A stretch of DNA of 63,773 nt, filler included, from Bigelowiella natans CCMP2755 (Eukaryota; Protista; Cercozoa): NCBI GenBank assembly GCA_000320545.1. It is 4 parts of 4 records of this genome, joined end to end, with 100 filler letters (N's around TTAATTAATTAA, not from the genome) between each part and the next. Parts side by side here need not be neighbours in the genome. Positions count along the whole stretch, not along the records: positions 1 to 28,093 come from ADNK01000983.1; 3 more parts are not named here. One strand, given 5' to 3'. This document shows positions 1 to 14,600 of the stretch, piece after piece. Under the pieces are notes generated by a model. The model had not been told where the DNA came from and ran no database searches. It saw only the letters and a list, made by a program, of their open reading frames with translations. The translations under genes were made by a program, and so were the position numbers. Each line of letters starts with the position of its first letter. Within the stretch, counting starts at the first letter, position 1.

Positions 1-90
1 CCACCCTAACCCTAACCCTAACCCTAACCCTAACCCTAACCCTAACCCTAATTGTAACCCTAACCCTAACCCTAACCCTAACCCTAACCC
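1..90 (-). repeat. Telomeric repeat (TTAGGG)n, read as CCCTAA on + strand; left chromosome end
   Basis: About 14 CCCTAA units from base 1, with one variant interruption (attgtaa) near 51-57. Confidence 0.97.
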
Positions 91-900
91 CTGCTCTTGC
101 ACGCTGGCATTGGACCTCGTTCAACTTTTCACTGCCCTGCTGGTCCACCTGGCCATTGACAATCAAGTGCACGAAGCACTCTGTTTTTGCAGCTTCTCAC
201 TGTCATCTTCATGGCTTGCTGGGTTGGCCTCAATTTCACGTCACGACGTTTGCTCAAAATTGTCTCCTTGCGATGCGTTTCACTGCCATCCACTTCAAGG
301 TTCTGTGCAGATTCTGCGCAACCAAAGCTTGCTTGACAAGTTTTTGTCGCAGAAACGCTGTGCACATGCAACACACGACGTTTTGTTTTTTTTCACTTTT
401 CATTGGTGCGCACGTGCATTGTTCTGTGTTGGCAAGTGATCTCCGCCTGCTGTGTCTCAATTTGTTTTTTCGCAATTGCGACTTTTGGCGTCGTTGTCTG
501 ACGTCATTGGGCCAGCTGTGGTTTGATTTTCATCGTTTTCAGTTTTCAACAAAATTGTGAACATTGTTGCAATTTCCAGAATTTGTTGCTTGGACAATCA
601 GTTTTTCCAGGCTTTCACGCAGTTTTGTTTTTGTTGTCAAAATCATGTTGCAGCAAAGCGCTTTGGTGCAATGATTTTGTGCAAAATTAGATCAAGTCAT
701 CATCGCCAGTGCAGCAATTGCTTGTAGGAAATCGACATCATCATGGTGGAAAATATGCTCAATTCAAGCAAGTGCATTGCAGTGACATGATGAATTGATG
801 TTCTCTCTTTCAGGCTCTGGCATGCATGGCATGCACACTCAAATGATGTCGGGTAGCACTTGTGGAAGCACATCATCGCTACTGTGTCGATCTCATGGCA
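91..900. other. Subtelomeric TpA-depleted block
   Basis: No TA dinucleotide found by eye from 91 to 687 (first TA at 688) despite T/A-rich sequence. Confidence 0.85.
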
Positions 901-977
901 CAAAACTAATCATGTGCAAACTCCCTTCACAGGATTCAAACGCTCTCTGAAGCTACTTTGACATTACACTTTAAATG

Positions 978-2981
978 TCAGACAACATCGTAGAACAATA
1001 TCAAAACGAATCTTGTTCCCTTAGTGATGGTTGTCACTCCGTGATAGATGCCATGCCCTTCATGCATCTGTATGAGAACGACGCGGAATAAGTACGACAG
1101 CAATCTGAGCTTTTTCAACAACTGGAATCGCTGTAAATTGATTGGTCATACTACTATGATACTGCAGCTGAGGTGTCTCTAATGGAAGGTTACAAGGCAT
1201 CAACTTTACCAGGGCATCGCCTTGACTTATATTGACAGTTCTCCTTCGAAGTATTTCTATATTAATTGCATTTTTTAATTTATTTCATTAAATTCTACAA
1301 TAAAGAGTATTGAGAGACAGAGCCAACCTTTGCTATGATGATCGAAATCTAACTTAACTGAAGACATCATTTTCCTAGGGCCGACATTATCCTCTTTTTT
1401 GATTTGATGACAACAGAGCAGCGAGTAGTGGTGGAGGTAGCAGAAAATTAAAGATAACAGATACACAGATGCATCATAGGAAAAAAGTTGGTTGTTTGTA
1501 TGTGCGTGGGTGTATGTGAAGAAAGAGAGACAGTAAGAGAAAGAGAAAGAGATAACGAAGAAGGAGAAGAAGACAGCAGCAACGGAAAGAAGGAAAACTA
1601 ATTTAATGCAGAGGGTAAAAAATGCCAACTTCAAAGTTATGATAGCAAACATTAAATAAAATGAATCGTGTTGAAAAAGGGAACAATGAGCATATGTATT
1701 TGTTAATTGATCCTACTACCTTGGTCGTTTCCTCCTCCTATTGCCGAATTAGTGGTAGTAATCGTCGGTTTCAACCCCATTTGTTGGAGCAAAATCAGTG
1801 ATGACTGCTGGTTATCACTCACACCTATTATTATTATCAAATGTTTGGTGATGCTGCTAGATAACTCATGATCATGTAATTTCTTATTTCTATTGTTACT
1901 TACTATAACTCTTCTGCGACGATTTCGAGTCATCATTTTTGGAGTCAGTAGCAGGGAATGCTTTCTTCTTATTCTTCTTTTTGATCTCTATTTCCTCCTC
2001 CATAGCATCGACGGCATCCGAGATACGTTTGGACTCGCTCTCTTTGTACACAACAAGGCCACACCCTTCATAATCTACGTTTGCTTCGCTTAATGCCAGA
2101 TTGACCTATTATCAAGTTGAAAGACGACGAACAAACAAGGGAAGGGGGAAGAAGAAGAGCAACATTGGTGGTAGTAGCTAGTATATATCACCGTGAATCA
2201 TGATGGATATTTACGTAAAGAACTATAAACTGCAACTGCCTGTCCGAAAATGTTGTTGATAAAGATCACACACAAACACACACACACACACACATAAATA
2301 AATATTACATCAGGGTTGCATCGTCATTTTGCAAGAGTATTGTTCATACATTACATAAGTTGTGAATCATCATCATCATGCTGTGCGAGCTGGATATATT
2401 GTTCTTAATACCGATAATATTAGTATCATTTCATGCTGTATGTTCGTGTACTACATAGTCGTTGATCATATTTATGTAATTTCATAGGATCGGAGCGGTG
2501 TTTTGCTTATTTGACACAAAATAATCTGCATATTATTATTATTATTATTATTATTATTATGCGTGGTAGTACAGTGAACAGGGACGAATCACAGTGAGGT
2601 CGGAACCCAATACGACCTTCTACGCTGTACCTAGTATTAATATTATTATTTATGCACTAACAAATTATCATCATCCTCTAAATTCATTTCTTTGAAGGCA
2701 TTGATTAAGAGATAATACAACAGCAACGACAACAAAGCGAAGAGAAAGATAAATTACCTTCGAATGAAATGACCTATAAGACGAATGTGGTGATTATTCG
2801 TACTATTAGTCTTAGTACCACCATTACTGCTCAATATTCTCTTCAACATGATGTTTGCAGCAGCAGAAGCTTGAACTCTTGAATCAATTTGCTTAACTAA
2901 CCTCATAGCAAAAGAGCAGGTGTACCTGAAATAGAAGGAAGAGTGGAAGATTCATTCTTAATGACGAAGGTCATTATGCAA

Positions 2982-3022
<41 letters not shown>

Positions 3023-3436
3023 GAGAATTTGAACAGTAAATAGAGGCAGTGGATAAGAATTAGAATGATAATAAGATGGATAAGACTGCATGCAATTCTT
3101 GTCTTTCAACCATCGAAATCATGCATCAAATATAAGAATTCAATAAAATTAAAGAATAAATGTTGGAAAAGTATTCTTGTTATTATTATTATTATTAGTA
3201 GTAGTAGTAGCAGCAATACACGTCATGTTGATCTTGTGGAAAACTGTCGACAGAATCTATATCCATGTTCCATTCTTGATCTTCTTTGCATACACTACGA
3301 ACAAGCTTCTTGCATTCATGCCTAAATGAATGTAATTATGGATGGATGGATGGATGGATGGATGGACGACAATATCTATTAGTGAGGAGGACAATAATGT
3401 TGATTAATTATGACAATATGTATTCATTCCTTATGT

Positions 3437-3471
<35 letters not shown>

Positions 3472-3721
3472 ATACTGCATGGTCCAAAGATAGGTTATTA
3501 TTAGATGGAAAAAGACAAATTTTACGGAGTTAATATGCCATAGAGTCGTATTATCATCGCTGGACTACTACTATCTTCTTATTACGGAGTTAATATGCCA
3601 TGGAGTCGTATCATCGTTGGACTACTATCTTCTTCTTCTTCTTCTTCTTTATTTTTTCCTACGAAACGACAATCACCAAAAAGCAAGCTTAAAATAGTTC
3701 ATCTTCTGATAAATTTTGCTT
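978..3721 (-). CDS. 2-oxoglutarate/Fe(II)-dependent oxygenase (prolyl/lysyl-hydroxylase-like), multi-exon; 5' end uncertain, may extend to ~4190
   Basis: GT-AG exons join to HECKKLV..W..DSVDSFP (3222-3320), GHFIRR|YSVEGRIGFRPHCDSSLFT (2757-2900, 2572-2630), VNLALSEANVDYEGCGL (~2045-2105) and QGDAL|MHEGHGIYHGVTTITKGTRFVLILFY* (1210-1256, 978-1067). This gives the HxD...H iron triad and the 2OG-binding Arg. Confidence 0.85.
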
Positions 3722-3774
3722 CTATATGATATTGATTGGAAGGTAAGTTTGTTCACGTATATTCTCTCTCTCCA

Positions 3775-3819
<45 letters not shown>

Positions 3820-4456
3820 TTCTCTGGATCCCCGTGCAGTCATTTTACCACTTGATAAGAAAAAAAATTCCAGTGCCAAAAAAAACAGGCAAAGATATTA
3901 CAACTACTTCTATTTGTATGCTCAACAAGGATACTACCATCTTGCCGACTTCTTCTGTTTCTATCCATGGTCTCCTCCTCCTCCTCCTCCTCCTCCTCCT
4001 CCTCCCTCATATTCTTCTTGGTTCTTCTTTTTCTCATCTTAAGGATATGTGCTTGTGCACTGTATAGTCGAAGAATCTCCGAAATACTGCATTGTGATAA
4101 TGATGATGATGATGATGATGACGACGGTTGCAATAATGATGTGATCGGAACGACAGAAAACTCGGCTTTGACCTTTTATTATAAAAAGTAAACATGCAAT
4201 CAATTTCTAGAGGACAAACGAAGTTTATGTAGTATGCTAATATCCTATTTACTACTTGAAGAATTTTTTTTTCGTTTCACAGGAGCAGCAGCAGCAGCGA
4301 GCACATAAGTCATAATATGCACAATAAGGAATAGAGCCAAACATGTTTTGCGAGGTGATTGGACAAAAAGATAAATAAAAACAAAGAGGACAAAATTTTG
4401 CGGTTCCTAATAGTTGCAGTAGCAAGCAATAAAAAATTAAGATTATTTGTTGTTAC

Positions 4457-4715
4457 TTTCTCGAAGAAATCGGTTGTGACAGTACCCCTTATTCCTTCAA
4501 CCTATTTGGAAGCAACGATTAAGAAGAATGGGTCGCAGCAGCACAAACCATCCACAACCCCCCCCCCGTGTTGATTTGCATTGATTGATGTTTCGAAGGC
4601 AGTGTTTGCAGAAGTATTTGAAGTCATTTAAACAGTGAAACAGTCATTATACGCTAAATAACATAAATATCAGAAGCACATTGCTGCTTTATAGTCGTCA
4701 TCTGTTTGACATGTT

Positions 4716-4750
<35 letters not shown>

Positions 4751-5433
4751 TTACTACTAACTACTGCCACTACTACTACTACTACTACTACCATAAGGAT
4801 CTTCGTTTTTGGACCTGAGTATGCTCTTAAAACACGAAGTAGCAATGGCCACAATTCCTGATCATTGATTATCCGCCGCATTGAGCATCATCCAACACAA
4901 CAATCATTATTTCTAGTAAGATATATAACCACATTGTCATAATCTTTATTATTAGACCTAAAGGAACTCTCATGGCCATCACCATCATGGTCATCATCCT
5001 TATCATATTCCTATAGTTACATGATCTGTTAGCAAGCATCAACACGAACCCGGTTGTATATACAATCAGCAGTCATGATCAGGTCTGGATATGCGCTGAT
5101 GTCGCATTCGCAGTTTGTGTTCTTCTTCTTCTTCTTGTTATTATTGTCATCATCGTAGCGGTTGTCGTGTGCAGGATCATCATCCCTTTCTTTTTCTTCT
5201 TCCACTTCTTCTGCTGCCACTGCTGTATGCTTACTCTTACCCCTCGAAGAAGTACTAGTCGTGGTAGTAGTAACAAATTTCTTCGTTCTATTATAACTAC
5301 TACTTTTGTTGTAATTTTGACTGAAAAGATCTGGAAATGTTTGTGTTGCCCAATCTAATGTCTCGACTTGAACATTTCCACCACCATATGATTGAATAGT
5401 TTTCCAGTTTTTCCTGAAGTGATAGGGGGGGAG

Positions 5434-5474
<41 letters not shown>

Positions 5475-6166
5475 TCATCATCACTTAATAAAAGAGATTG
5501 GATCCGGACGTGAATAATATTATATTACATGACATTCTCGCTACATCTCGGTAGAGCACTTGGCAAATCAGTCATGACAACCTGAAGAGTGGAGAAGATA
5601 TCGTCGTGGAGGAGGAAATAATGTGTTATTATTAGTATTTTACAGTATGTGTTGTTACGATGATGGTGACGTTGCTGACTGCATACAACAGCAGCCAGAC
5701 ATTAACTTAAACGATGATGACGATGACGTCGTAGTAGGGCTAAGTACTAGTGGTAGTAGTGCTACTTTTTTTGCCCCACAAGCTGCTGCTGCGACACCAC
5801 CGATTCCTGTTCCCGACCCTAACTGAAACAAATGAGATCAAATATTATAACACATCTATACTACTACTTCAAGTGGGAGGGAGAGAGAGACGACATAAAA
5901 CAAGCATAAACAGATATGGGAGACTATTCAGAGAGTCTACTACAAGAATCACTAAGATGACAATAGAAGCTACTATTACTGCTGCTACTACTACTTCTAA
6001 AACTGCTTTGCCCTTGACGAAGTGGCGTAGTGTGAATACTATTTTGGTCATTAGAGCTCCAGCTGCCCAAACAAAATCGTTGACCTTACATTAGCAGATT
6101 TCCCATCATTAAAGAAGATAAACAGATTGATGTATACGCTTCATCCAAAGATACAAAATATAAATG

Positions 6167-6202
<36 letters not shown>

Positions 6203-6723
6203 ACGAATTCATTGAGGACTGCAGGCGGTGCAGCATTGAATTTTTGTAAATGAATGCTGCGACAACTAACATGCAATACAGTACATACCGGTGTTGGAGG
6301 TGGAGGTGGAGGTGGCGCAGTTGTCACTAGCGGGTTAGTAGTATTCTTCTTCGTATCCATTACTTGCACAGCAGGACTACTACTGCTGCTGCTACTACTT
6401 CTACTACGTGTTTCTTGTTCTTTTTTGTCGTCGTCGTCGTCGTCCTCACCACCTCTACTACGTGTTTCTTGTTCTTTTTTGTCGTCGTCGTCGTCGTCGT
6501 CCTCACCACCATTGTCTACTACATTGTATGATTTGTGGGACAAAAGCTTTCCCTGATTGATGCGGAGGACTAAAGGACTGCTGCCATCACCGCAGCAGCA
6601 CTCGAAGTGGAGAATCTCCTCGTTCCAAACGGGAAAATCCGGATACAAGAAGTGCGTTGATGAAGAGTCGGAGCAATGTCTCGTAGGAGGTTGTTGCGCA
6701 TGAGCTGATGAGGAGCCATTCAT
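4457..6723 (-). CDS. SAM-dependent protein-lysine methyltransferase (METTL21/Methyltransf_16-like), multi-exon; 3' end uncertain (possibly ~4200)
   Basis: Exons encode VWAAGAL..FVKGKAVLE|LGSGTGIGGVAAAACGAKK|VVMTDLPSALPRCSENV|..VETLDW..PDLIMTADCIYN|ELWPLLLRVL. These are motif I, post-I, LDW and the DxxY motif of the family. Confidence 0.85.
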
Positions 6724-7414
6724 CAGTAGAACGAATGGGATCTCTCCTCGTTCCTTAACTTTGCTGGTGTATAATTGATGTGAGGAACATCAGTCCTCCT
6801 TCTCCTCCCTCCTCCTCATTCGTATACTCTAGTACGATGATGATGGTGATGATGATGATGATGATGATGATGGACCAAATATGCAGGGGATTTATTCTCT
6901 ACGTCAACCTCACATTATTAATAATATCCGATTAGTAAATATGAAGGGGATTTCGTCTCTACGTCAACTTGCCATCCATATTTTCCTAAAAATCGGAGCC
7001 ATGCACAGAAGAGAAAAGAGGGTAGTAGTGCTTCGCGCCACACCCCTTTTTCTGTGGTACATGTAGTAGTGAGCATGTACGAAATATTTGTTAGGGGTGG
7101 TGGTTCTTCACACCATAATAGCTTTCACCATCATCATTGCTCTTGAGGCCTGCTGTATTCGAATAGTAAAGATTATAGATCCATGCGTTAAATAGATAGA
7201 TGTCCCTCGAAATCATCATCATCATCATCATCACATCTGGTCACCACTGCTGTATCCATGCTCATCATATTATTCATCATCACATCTTGTCACCAAATTC
7301 ATGCTCTTCATATTATTATTCTCTTTATCACCCATTGTATCCATGCTCATCATATTATTATTCTCTTTTTAATAGCAGCATTAGCAGGTCGTCATTAATA
7401 TTGTTCGTCGTCTC

Positions 7415-8490
7415 ATGGAAAAAACGGAGGAGGAGGAGGAGAAGAAGAAGAAGAAGAAGGAGAAAACAACCCAGCAGCTGCTAATGGCACTAATATCGCC
7501 ACAGCGAGGAGGAGGAGCAGAGCTGCTACCTGCAGCTGCAACAACCACCACAACTACCACCACAACTACCACCACTTTTTCTGATCATCACGCCTCTCTC
7601 CTGAAGACTCAGCTGGGATGCCATGGTGGCGGTGTAATTAATCCCTGCAAAGGATGTGGAAAACTCAAACCAAGGTAGCAACAGCAATGTTTCATAATAC
7701 AACACTAATAATGTTCGATCCCGCGAAGTCGTCATTTCTGCGCTGCTGTCGTCACGATTGGCCTTTTATCGTAGCTGTCAATCGCCATTATTTTTGCCTT
7801 TTGATTCGGGAAAATAAGAATAATTGCAACAAGTAGTTATGAAGCTTAGTAGCTCTTATTCCACAAGTCAAACATACATTCATTATCTCCGCCTCCTTCT
7901 GAGGAAGATTTACGAGCAGCTACTATTACCACACGTGTTGGTTACTCATACGATAAATACAATTTCAATAGGTGTGAGTACTCTAATAGACAATGGAAAA
8001 AGCGATCTGGAAGATCCTGCAAAAGTTGTGTTGAGAAGCAAGAGGAAAAGATGGTAAACTTGGACCTGTTCCATACAACACACACAACAATAATACACAC
8101 CAACATAATTGTGCAGCATATTACATGCACACGTGTCATCATAATTTCCCCTTAGGTATTACTATACATAACGTAATACTATGGAATATACAATTTGTTT
8201 GAAAGAGGTGTTTGTATGTGTATATTGTGCATCATCGTGAATTCCGCCCCCCCCCCCCCCCCCCACAGTTGTGTATTATGCATCATCGTGAATATATTTT
8301 CCCCATCCCCCACAGGTTAGAGAAAGTGCTTTGAGAAAGGGATCTCGGAAAAGAGCATCTAATCCTTTTCATGATTTGAACAAGCTAGCTACTGGTGTAT
8401 TGTCCATATCTGAAAAGAATAGTAAGGAGGATAAGCATATAACCGATTTCTCGAAATCTGATCTTGCAACATGTATTAAGGTATTATGTG

Positions 8491-8528
<38 letters not shown>

Positions 8529-9463
8529 CATTTATATCGTTATTTTGGATGTATTTGTAGTGTAGTAGTTGCATCATAATTTAGACAACACTCAGTTGCT
8601 CAATGATCAAGAATGGATTATTCGAATTCCTTCGTTTCATCAAAAAACATAACATTATCACTAAGTGTGCATGTTATCATCAAGACTTTTTCTTAACATG
8701 TTACATATCATTTTCCATTTATTTATCAGTTGTATGCTATAAATGATTTATTTATCAGGTCTTAGAAAGCATATCAGAGGATCCAGATCTTTACTTTTCT
8801 CCACAATTAAGGGTCATTATTTAGGGTTGTTAGCAGCAATGAATGGGCTCTACGACTACGAAAATTATTTACATTATTGATTTTATCCTCCTCCTCCTCC
8901 TCCTTTTTGCAAATTGCATTCTTATTTTGTGTCAATCTGCTGCTTTTACAACATACACCATGCCAATACAATGCATAGAACCTACGAAGAGCAGCAACAA
9001 AAATCATAGCTTTGCAGCGAAAGAAGCTTTTTGAGGTACTAGTAGTAGGTGTGCTCTTGTTGTTACCCAGTAGTAGTAGTATTGTAGCTTGCTATATTTG
9101 GTTATAATGAATAATAACATGAGAGTAGAAGAACATAAATTGTGTGTGTTAGCAAGTAGTGAGCGCTTGAGTCATCATCATCATCATCATCATCAGCATC
9201 ATCATCACAATAACCCTACGACTACCACTACTCTAAATTACACCACCACTACCACCACCACCAGCAGCAGCACTACTATCACCACCACCATCATCATCAT
9301 CATCATCATCATCATCACAGATGAGCAACCAACCAACCACCTGATGCAGCCTTCTGTTTGCATCTACACCATAGAAATACTGTTATTATTACTGCAATAA
9401 TATCTGCTATTACAACTACTTTATCTATATTTGGATGTGTATTGATGATGATCTATTCGCGTG

Positions 9464-9494
<31 letters not shown>

Positions 9495-9808
9495 GCTGCT
9501 GTTTACTACAACACCGTTCTTCTCCCTCTCTAATATAAAATAATATAACCAACTCTATTATCCAGGGAGAATCAAAAGAAGACTTCGATTCCCGGTAGTA
9601 AGTAAGTAAGTAAGTAGCAGCAAGATACAGAATCATAATTAGAACTGCAGGTATTAGTATGTTGTTGATGATGAGTACTTTTCAAAATTATGAATACATA
9701 TTGTTATTTTTTGAACACCTCGTTATTTATTTAAAATCTCCACCTGGTTCATCGTCTTCTTTTACTACAACATAAAAAACATAAAAATATTATATATTAT
9801 TATATTCA

Positions 9809-9847
<39 letters not shown>

Positions 9848-10687
9848 GTAAATTAGCTTCCATGCTACAATACTTGCCAAAACCTTTTCTTTTTGCTGTA
9901 GTTGATTTGTTGCATTGTTACGTATTTATATCTTACTACTGTTGATTTGTTGCATTGTTACGTATTTATATCTTACTACTGTTGATTTGTTGCATTATTA
10001 CGTATTTATGTCTTACTACTGTTGATTTGTTGCATTATTACGTATTTATATCTTACTACTGTTGATTTGTTGCATTATTACGTATTTATGTCTTACTACT
10101 GTTGATTTGTTGCATTGTTACGTATTTATATCTTACTACTGTTGATTTGTTGCATTATTACGTATTTATGTCTTACTACTGTTGATTTGTTGCATTGTTA
10201 CGTATTTTATATCTTACTACTGTTGATTTGTTGCATTGTTACGTATTTATGTCTTACTACTGTTGATTTGTTGCATTATTACGTATTTATGTCTTACCAC
10301 TACAAATTCTCAAGGTTGAGGAGGAGGATGCATGGGGTTTTCTTACTTCTTCTAAATACAAACCAGGAAACGACGAAAATACGAGCAAAATATGAGGAAA
10401 ATGAAAGACAAAGGTGCTGCTGCTGCTGCTGCTGATTTGATACTAATGATGTGGCTTGAATCATCGATCAATCTTGATTTTGAGCTTCTTTATTGCATAG
10501 TAATGTAGATAAAGACTCCAGTAGTAAATATTCGTCTTCGCTTTCTGCTGCTTCTATTTTGAGACAGCAGCTGGCATCGTCATCATCATCATCATCATCA
10601 TTTTCATCATCATCACTTTCATCATCACTACCCAATTGCTGTTTTGCTCATCATCCTTTTAAACATCATCATTCATAATCATCCTTC

Positions 10688-10718
<31 letters not shown>

Positions 10719-11404
10719 TCCTCCTCCCCCTCCTCCATTTAGCACTTGACAGGATGATAATAAATAAAAGGGAGTTAAGGTATTGTCAGAATTATATTTT
10801 AATAATCATGATGATGATGATGATGATGAATATGGTGATAGTGATTACATTTGTGTAAAGACGTCGTCGACAAACCAACATTTTGGTATATGATTAAGGT
10901 GATGTTGTAGTGGATTATCATCATCAGTTGGTACATGATTAAGGTGGTGATGTAGTGGATTATCATCATCAGTATATATAAATAGCACCATTTTTTGCAT
11001 GCTACATAGATCCAAGAGGCTCAAGCAACTAGAAAAAGCTCTCGGTTGTAAGATGACAACAATAACAACAACAACAATAATATTGGTCATCACTCGCTAA
11101 TGATGATCACACATAATAACAATACACAACATTATCACCATCGTCATCATCATCATCATTATTTCCCAGTTATTATTATTGTTATTGCTTTAATTTGTAG
11201 TATTCTAAGAATACTTGAGCAAGGATATAAATCTACTAATTTCTCTTTTATCGTGACTTTCTTATTCATTCAATTCTTCCTGCTGACAACACATGATACT
11301 AGATAGTAATAAAAATAATTATGATTAACACTCAGGATCAGATACACATTTGCCTCTTGTTGCGGATGGGTACTACTACTACTACTACTACTACTACATA
11401 GTTG

Positions 11405-11436
<32 letters not shown>

Positions 11437-11806
11437 CACTACTACCGTGTATAGAGATACATACCCTCAGGTAACACATGATAAGTGTAAAAAGAAGAAG
11501 AAGAAGAAGAAGAAGAAGAAGAAGACATGTTATAACTGTTCTTGTTGTTGTATCACTAGTCCTATCATCAGCTTTGAAAACAAAAGCTTAAGTTATGATT
11601 ATCATGACAACAGCATATAATATGACGGATCACCGTCACAGGAAGTAGAAGCATAGGATCGTTTACTATATATCGTTTGCTACATTCCTTCATCACATTA
11701 ATGCTACTGCTGCCTCCTTTTATTTCTCTATAGATCTGTTGATGAAACTATTCAAGTTCAATTTACTACTTTAAAGCAGCTACATCCACGTGAGCGCCAA
11801 AGCATG

Positions 11807-11845
<39 letters not shown>

Positions 11846-11856
11846 ATGTAATATGT

Positions 11857-11892
<36 letters not shown>

Positions 11893-12062
11893 GTGAAATA
11901 TGAATGATATGTGGGAATATAAGTATCATCTTCATATCTCATATGGGGATATATCTATATCTGATCATCTACTATTAATAATAAGAATAATGATAGTCTT
12001 CAAAAATAAGTTCAATAGAGACTAAGATAAAAATGATAACAACGACAATAATGAAAAGGAGA

Positions 12063-12095
<33 letters not shown>

Positions 12096-12654
12096 GTGAT
12101 GATAATAGTGCCAATGATCAAACAATACATCCTAAATAAAATGTGTACCTGTCCGGTGTGGATTGTATGTTATTATAGAACCGTCTTAGTCATCGTGTGT
12201 CTATTGTTTCAGCGTACACTGGAGGGAGGGGGGGGGAGGAAAGAAAAGACAACATATTATTAAAGACAAATGAGGATGAGAAAGAACATAGTAACGACGA
12301 CAACAACTTTAAAACAGGGGGAGAAGGAGGAGAAGAAGGAGAAAACAGCAGCAGTAGCACCAACAACAACACAAACAAAGACAAGAAGAGAAGTGGTAAA
12401 GGCACAAATCACATTGCAGCATCTCCCTCCTCCTCCTCCTCCTTTTCATTACCAAGTTGTGCTCAAAAAGCTAAAGCTGCTGCAACAACAACAACATCAA
12501 AAACAACAACTACAACTACTACTACTGCTACTTCCTCGTCCTTGTCATCACCATTCCTCAAGACAGACCCAAGATCATGTTATCTTGTAAGTAATAATTA
12601 CGCACTCACACACTCACATTCATACACATACCCTCTACTTCCTCTCCTCCCCCC

Positions 12655-12691
<37 letters not shown>

Positions 12692-13493
12692 TGTGCGTGT
12701 GCCTGACATTCCTATTATGATTGATTCTTTATGAAATTGCACTTCTCCTCCTCTCCCTCCTCCCCCTTTCTCTATCATCTAAAAATAAGTGTAAGCGGCG
12801 TTTTCGAAGGCTTCATAATTTCTATGACCAGTTTTGTCCAGAATGTGCGGCATTGAATTGGCAGTAAGTGTTTTTCATTGATACATCATCATCATCATCA
12901 TCATCATCATCACCACTATCATTTGTTACCATAGAAAAAGGCTGCAAACTAGTAATCTATCTGGAAGAGTAGCACTTGTTACTGGGGTAGAGATATAGAG
13001 TCGATTGTTCCATTGACCTCCTCCTATATTGATATTGATTGATTTTGGGAAGAATTTGGACTCCTTCATTCTTTCTATTTGTTGCATATTGCGTAGTAAT
13101 AGTATATATTGAGAATGATGACGACGACAAGTCGTGTTCCTAACAAACAGTTTGTTGCAATGCTGTTCTGCTTTATTGTTATTTAAATATTACCTTCAAA
13201 TAAATCACTATAATGTGACAATAAATATTTATGATGAAAGTAACAAATCGCGCAATATTCCGATCTCCTAAAGAAACGACATCATATACCATTGAATTGT
13301 TTGTTGCCTCTCAATGGAAGAAATTATCATTATTTCCAAGGCAATATCAAACTAGTAGATACTATTTGAATCTGCTCATTATTCCATTATTATTTGTATT
13401 TGTATGTTGTTTACTATAGGCAAGGGTGAAAATCGGGTACAGAACAGCTTTAAAACTTCTCCGGTAGTAAGCAGTAAGTAGACCATAACCATA

Positions 13494-13525
<32 letters not shown>

Positions 13526-14557
13526 CATCATAAGGTATTTCATCATTATTATTTTTATTCACAAGGATGGTGTTGTTATGGTTTCGCATTTACCTACAAG
13601 GACTTCACTATTACTACTTCTACTACTATTTCTTCTATTACTACTACTACTATTACTACTACTACTATCTAGGTGTGGTTGCTTTGTCATCGCTACTACC
13701 AGGTGTTTGATCACGTCAAACTACAATATTTAAGCACTAGTTACTTACACATTAGTATTACTTGTTATTCTTACACGCAATAATAATAACAAGTATTTTA
13801 GTATTTCTTGTGGAAAGTTTGTAGTATAATAACACCATATTATTTTGTCATTGTACAACTAGTTATAGAGGTAGTAGTACTATTAGTCTTAATGGGTCTT
13901 GAAGCTGAATAACGAAGAAGAAGATGATGAAGAAGAAAAATAATAAGGGCAATCATAATATGATGAATATCACTATCACCATTTGGTGGTTATTCTTGTT
14001 GGTGGTGATGATGATGATGGCGATCTAAGAGTACCATGATTAAGATGTGCTTCATTTCCTCCTCATTGTTTGCAGTAAAAGTAATTTACCCCCCCCCTTG
14101 CTTCACCATTTGTTGCTCTTTTCTTCCTCCTCTATTTTTATGATAAACTCGTTCCTGATGCCCCTTTTCCTCCTCTTCTCTTTATTTCTTATTTATTTAC
14201 TTAGATTTCCACAAGATGCAGCTCGTCGTTATCACAAAGAGAAAGATTTCGAAAGCTGGAAGTAGTAGATAATACTGCCATATCCCTCAACACCCACACT
14301 TCACATTTCCCCTCCCCTCCCCCCCTCTAACGCCTGCTTGCGCTGCACTGCAATTTGTTACCTCCCCTCTCAGAAATCATCTTCAGATCATTGGAATGGA
14401 CTTTAGAAATACAAGGTGACTAAGCAATCACAGTAGTGTGAAAAGAAGAAGATGAATAATTAATAGATTATCAATAAATATACTACGGTATGCATTCCTT
14501 CCTCTATGCACAGTAGTTATGTCGTAGTAGTAGTAGTAGTAATATTTTGGCGTTTGT

Positions 14558-14600
<43 letters not shown>

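Noticed and set aside
110-560. Overlapping Cys/His-rich ORFs here and in other islands (e.g. 34756-35227, 52749-52997, 60506-60820)
   Set aside because: These are by-products of TpA depletion (few stops, many TGC/CAT codons) with no recognisable domains.
3522-3636. Short tandem duplications (also ~6403-6511, ~10884-10973, 53321-53384)
   Set aside because: Ordinary two-copy slippage duplications with no termini or target-site duplications indicating mobile elements.
8585-8670. HAD-like segment IKNGLFEFLRFIKKHNI as a separate gene
   Set aside because: The flanking exons DLATCIK|VLESISEDP join directly as the SDR N-terminus, and no HAD motif I was found.
9901-10297. CRISPR array
   Set aside because: Head-to-tail near-identical units with no unique spacers, in a eukaryotic intron.
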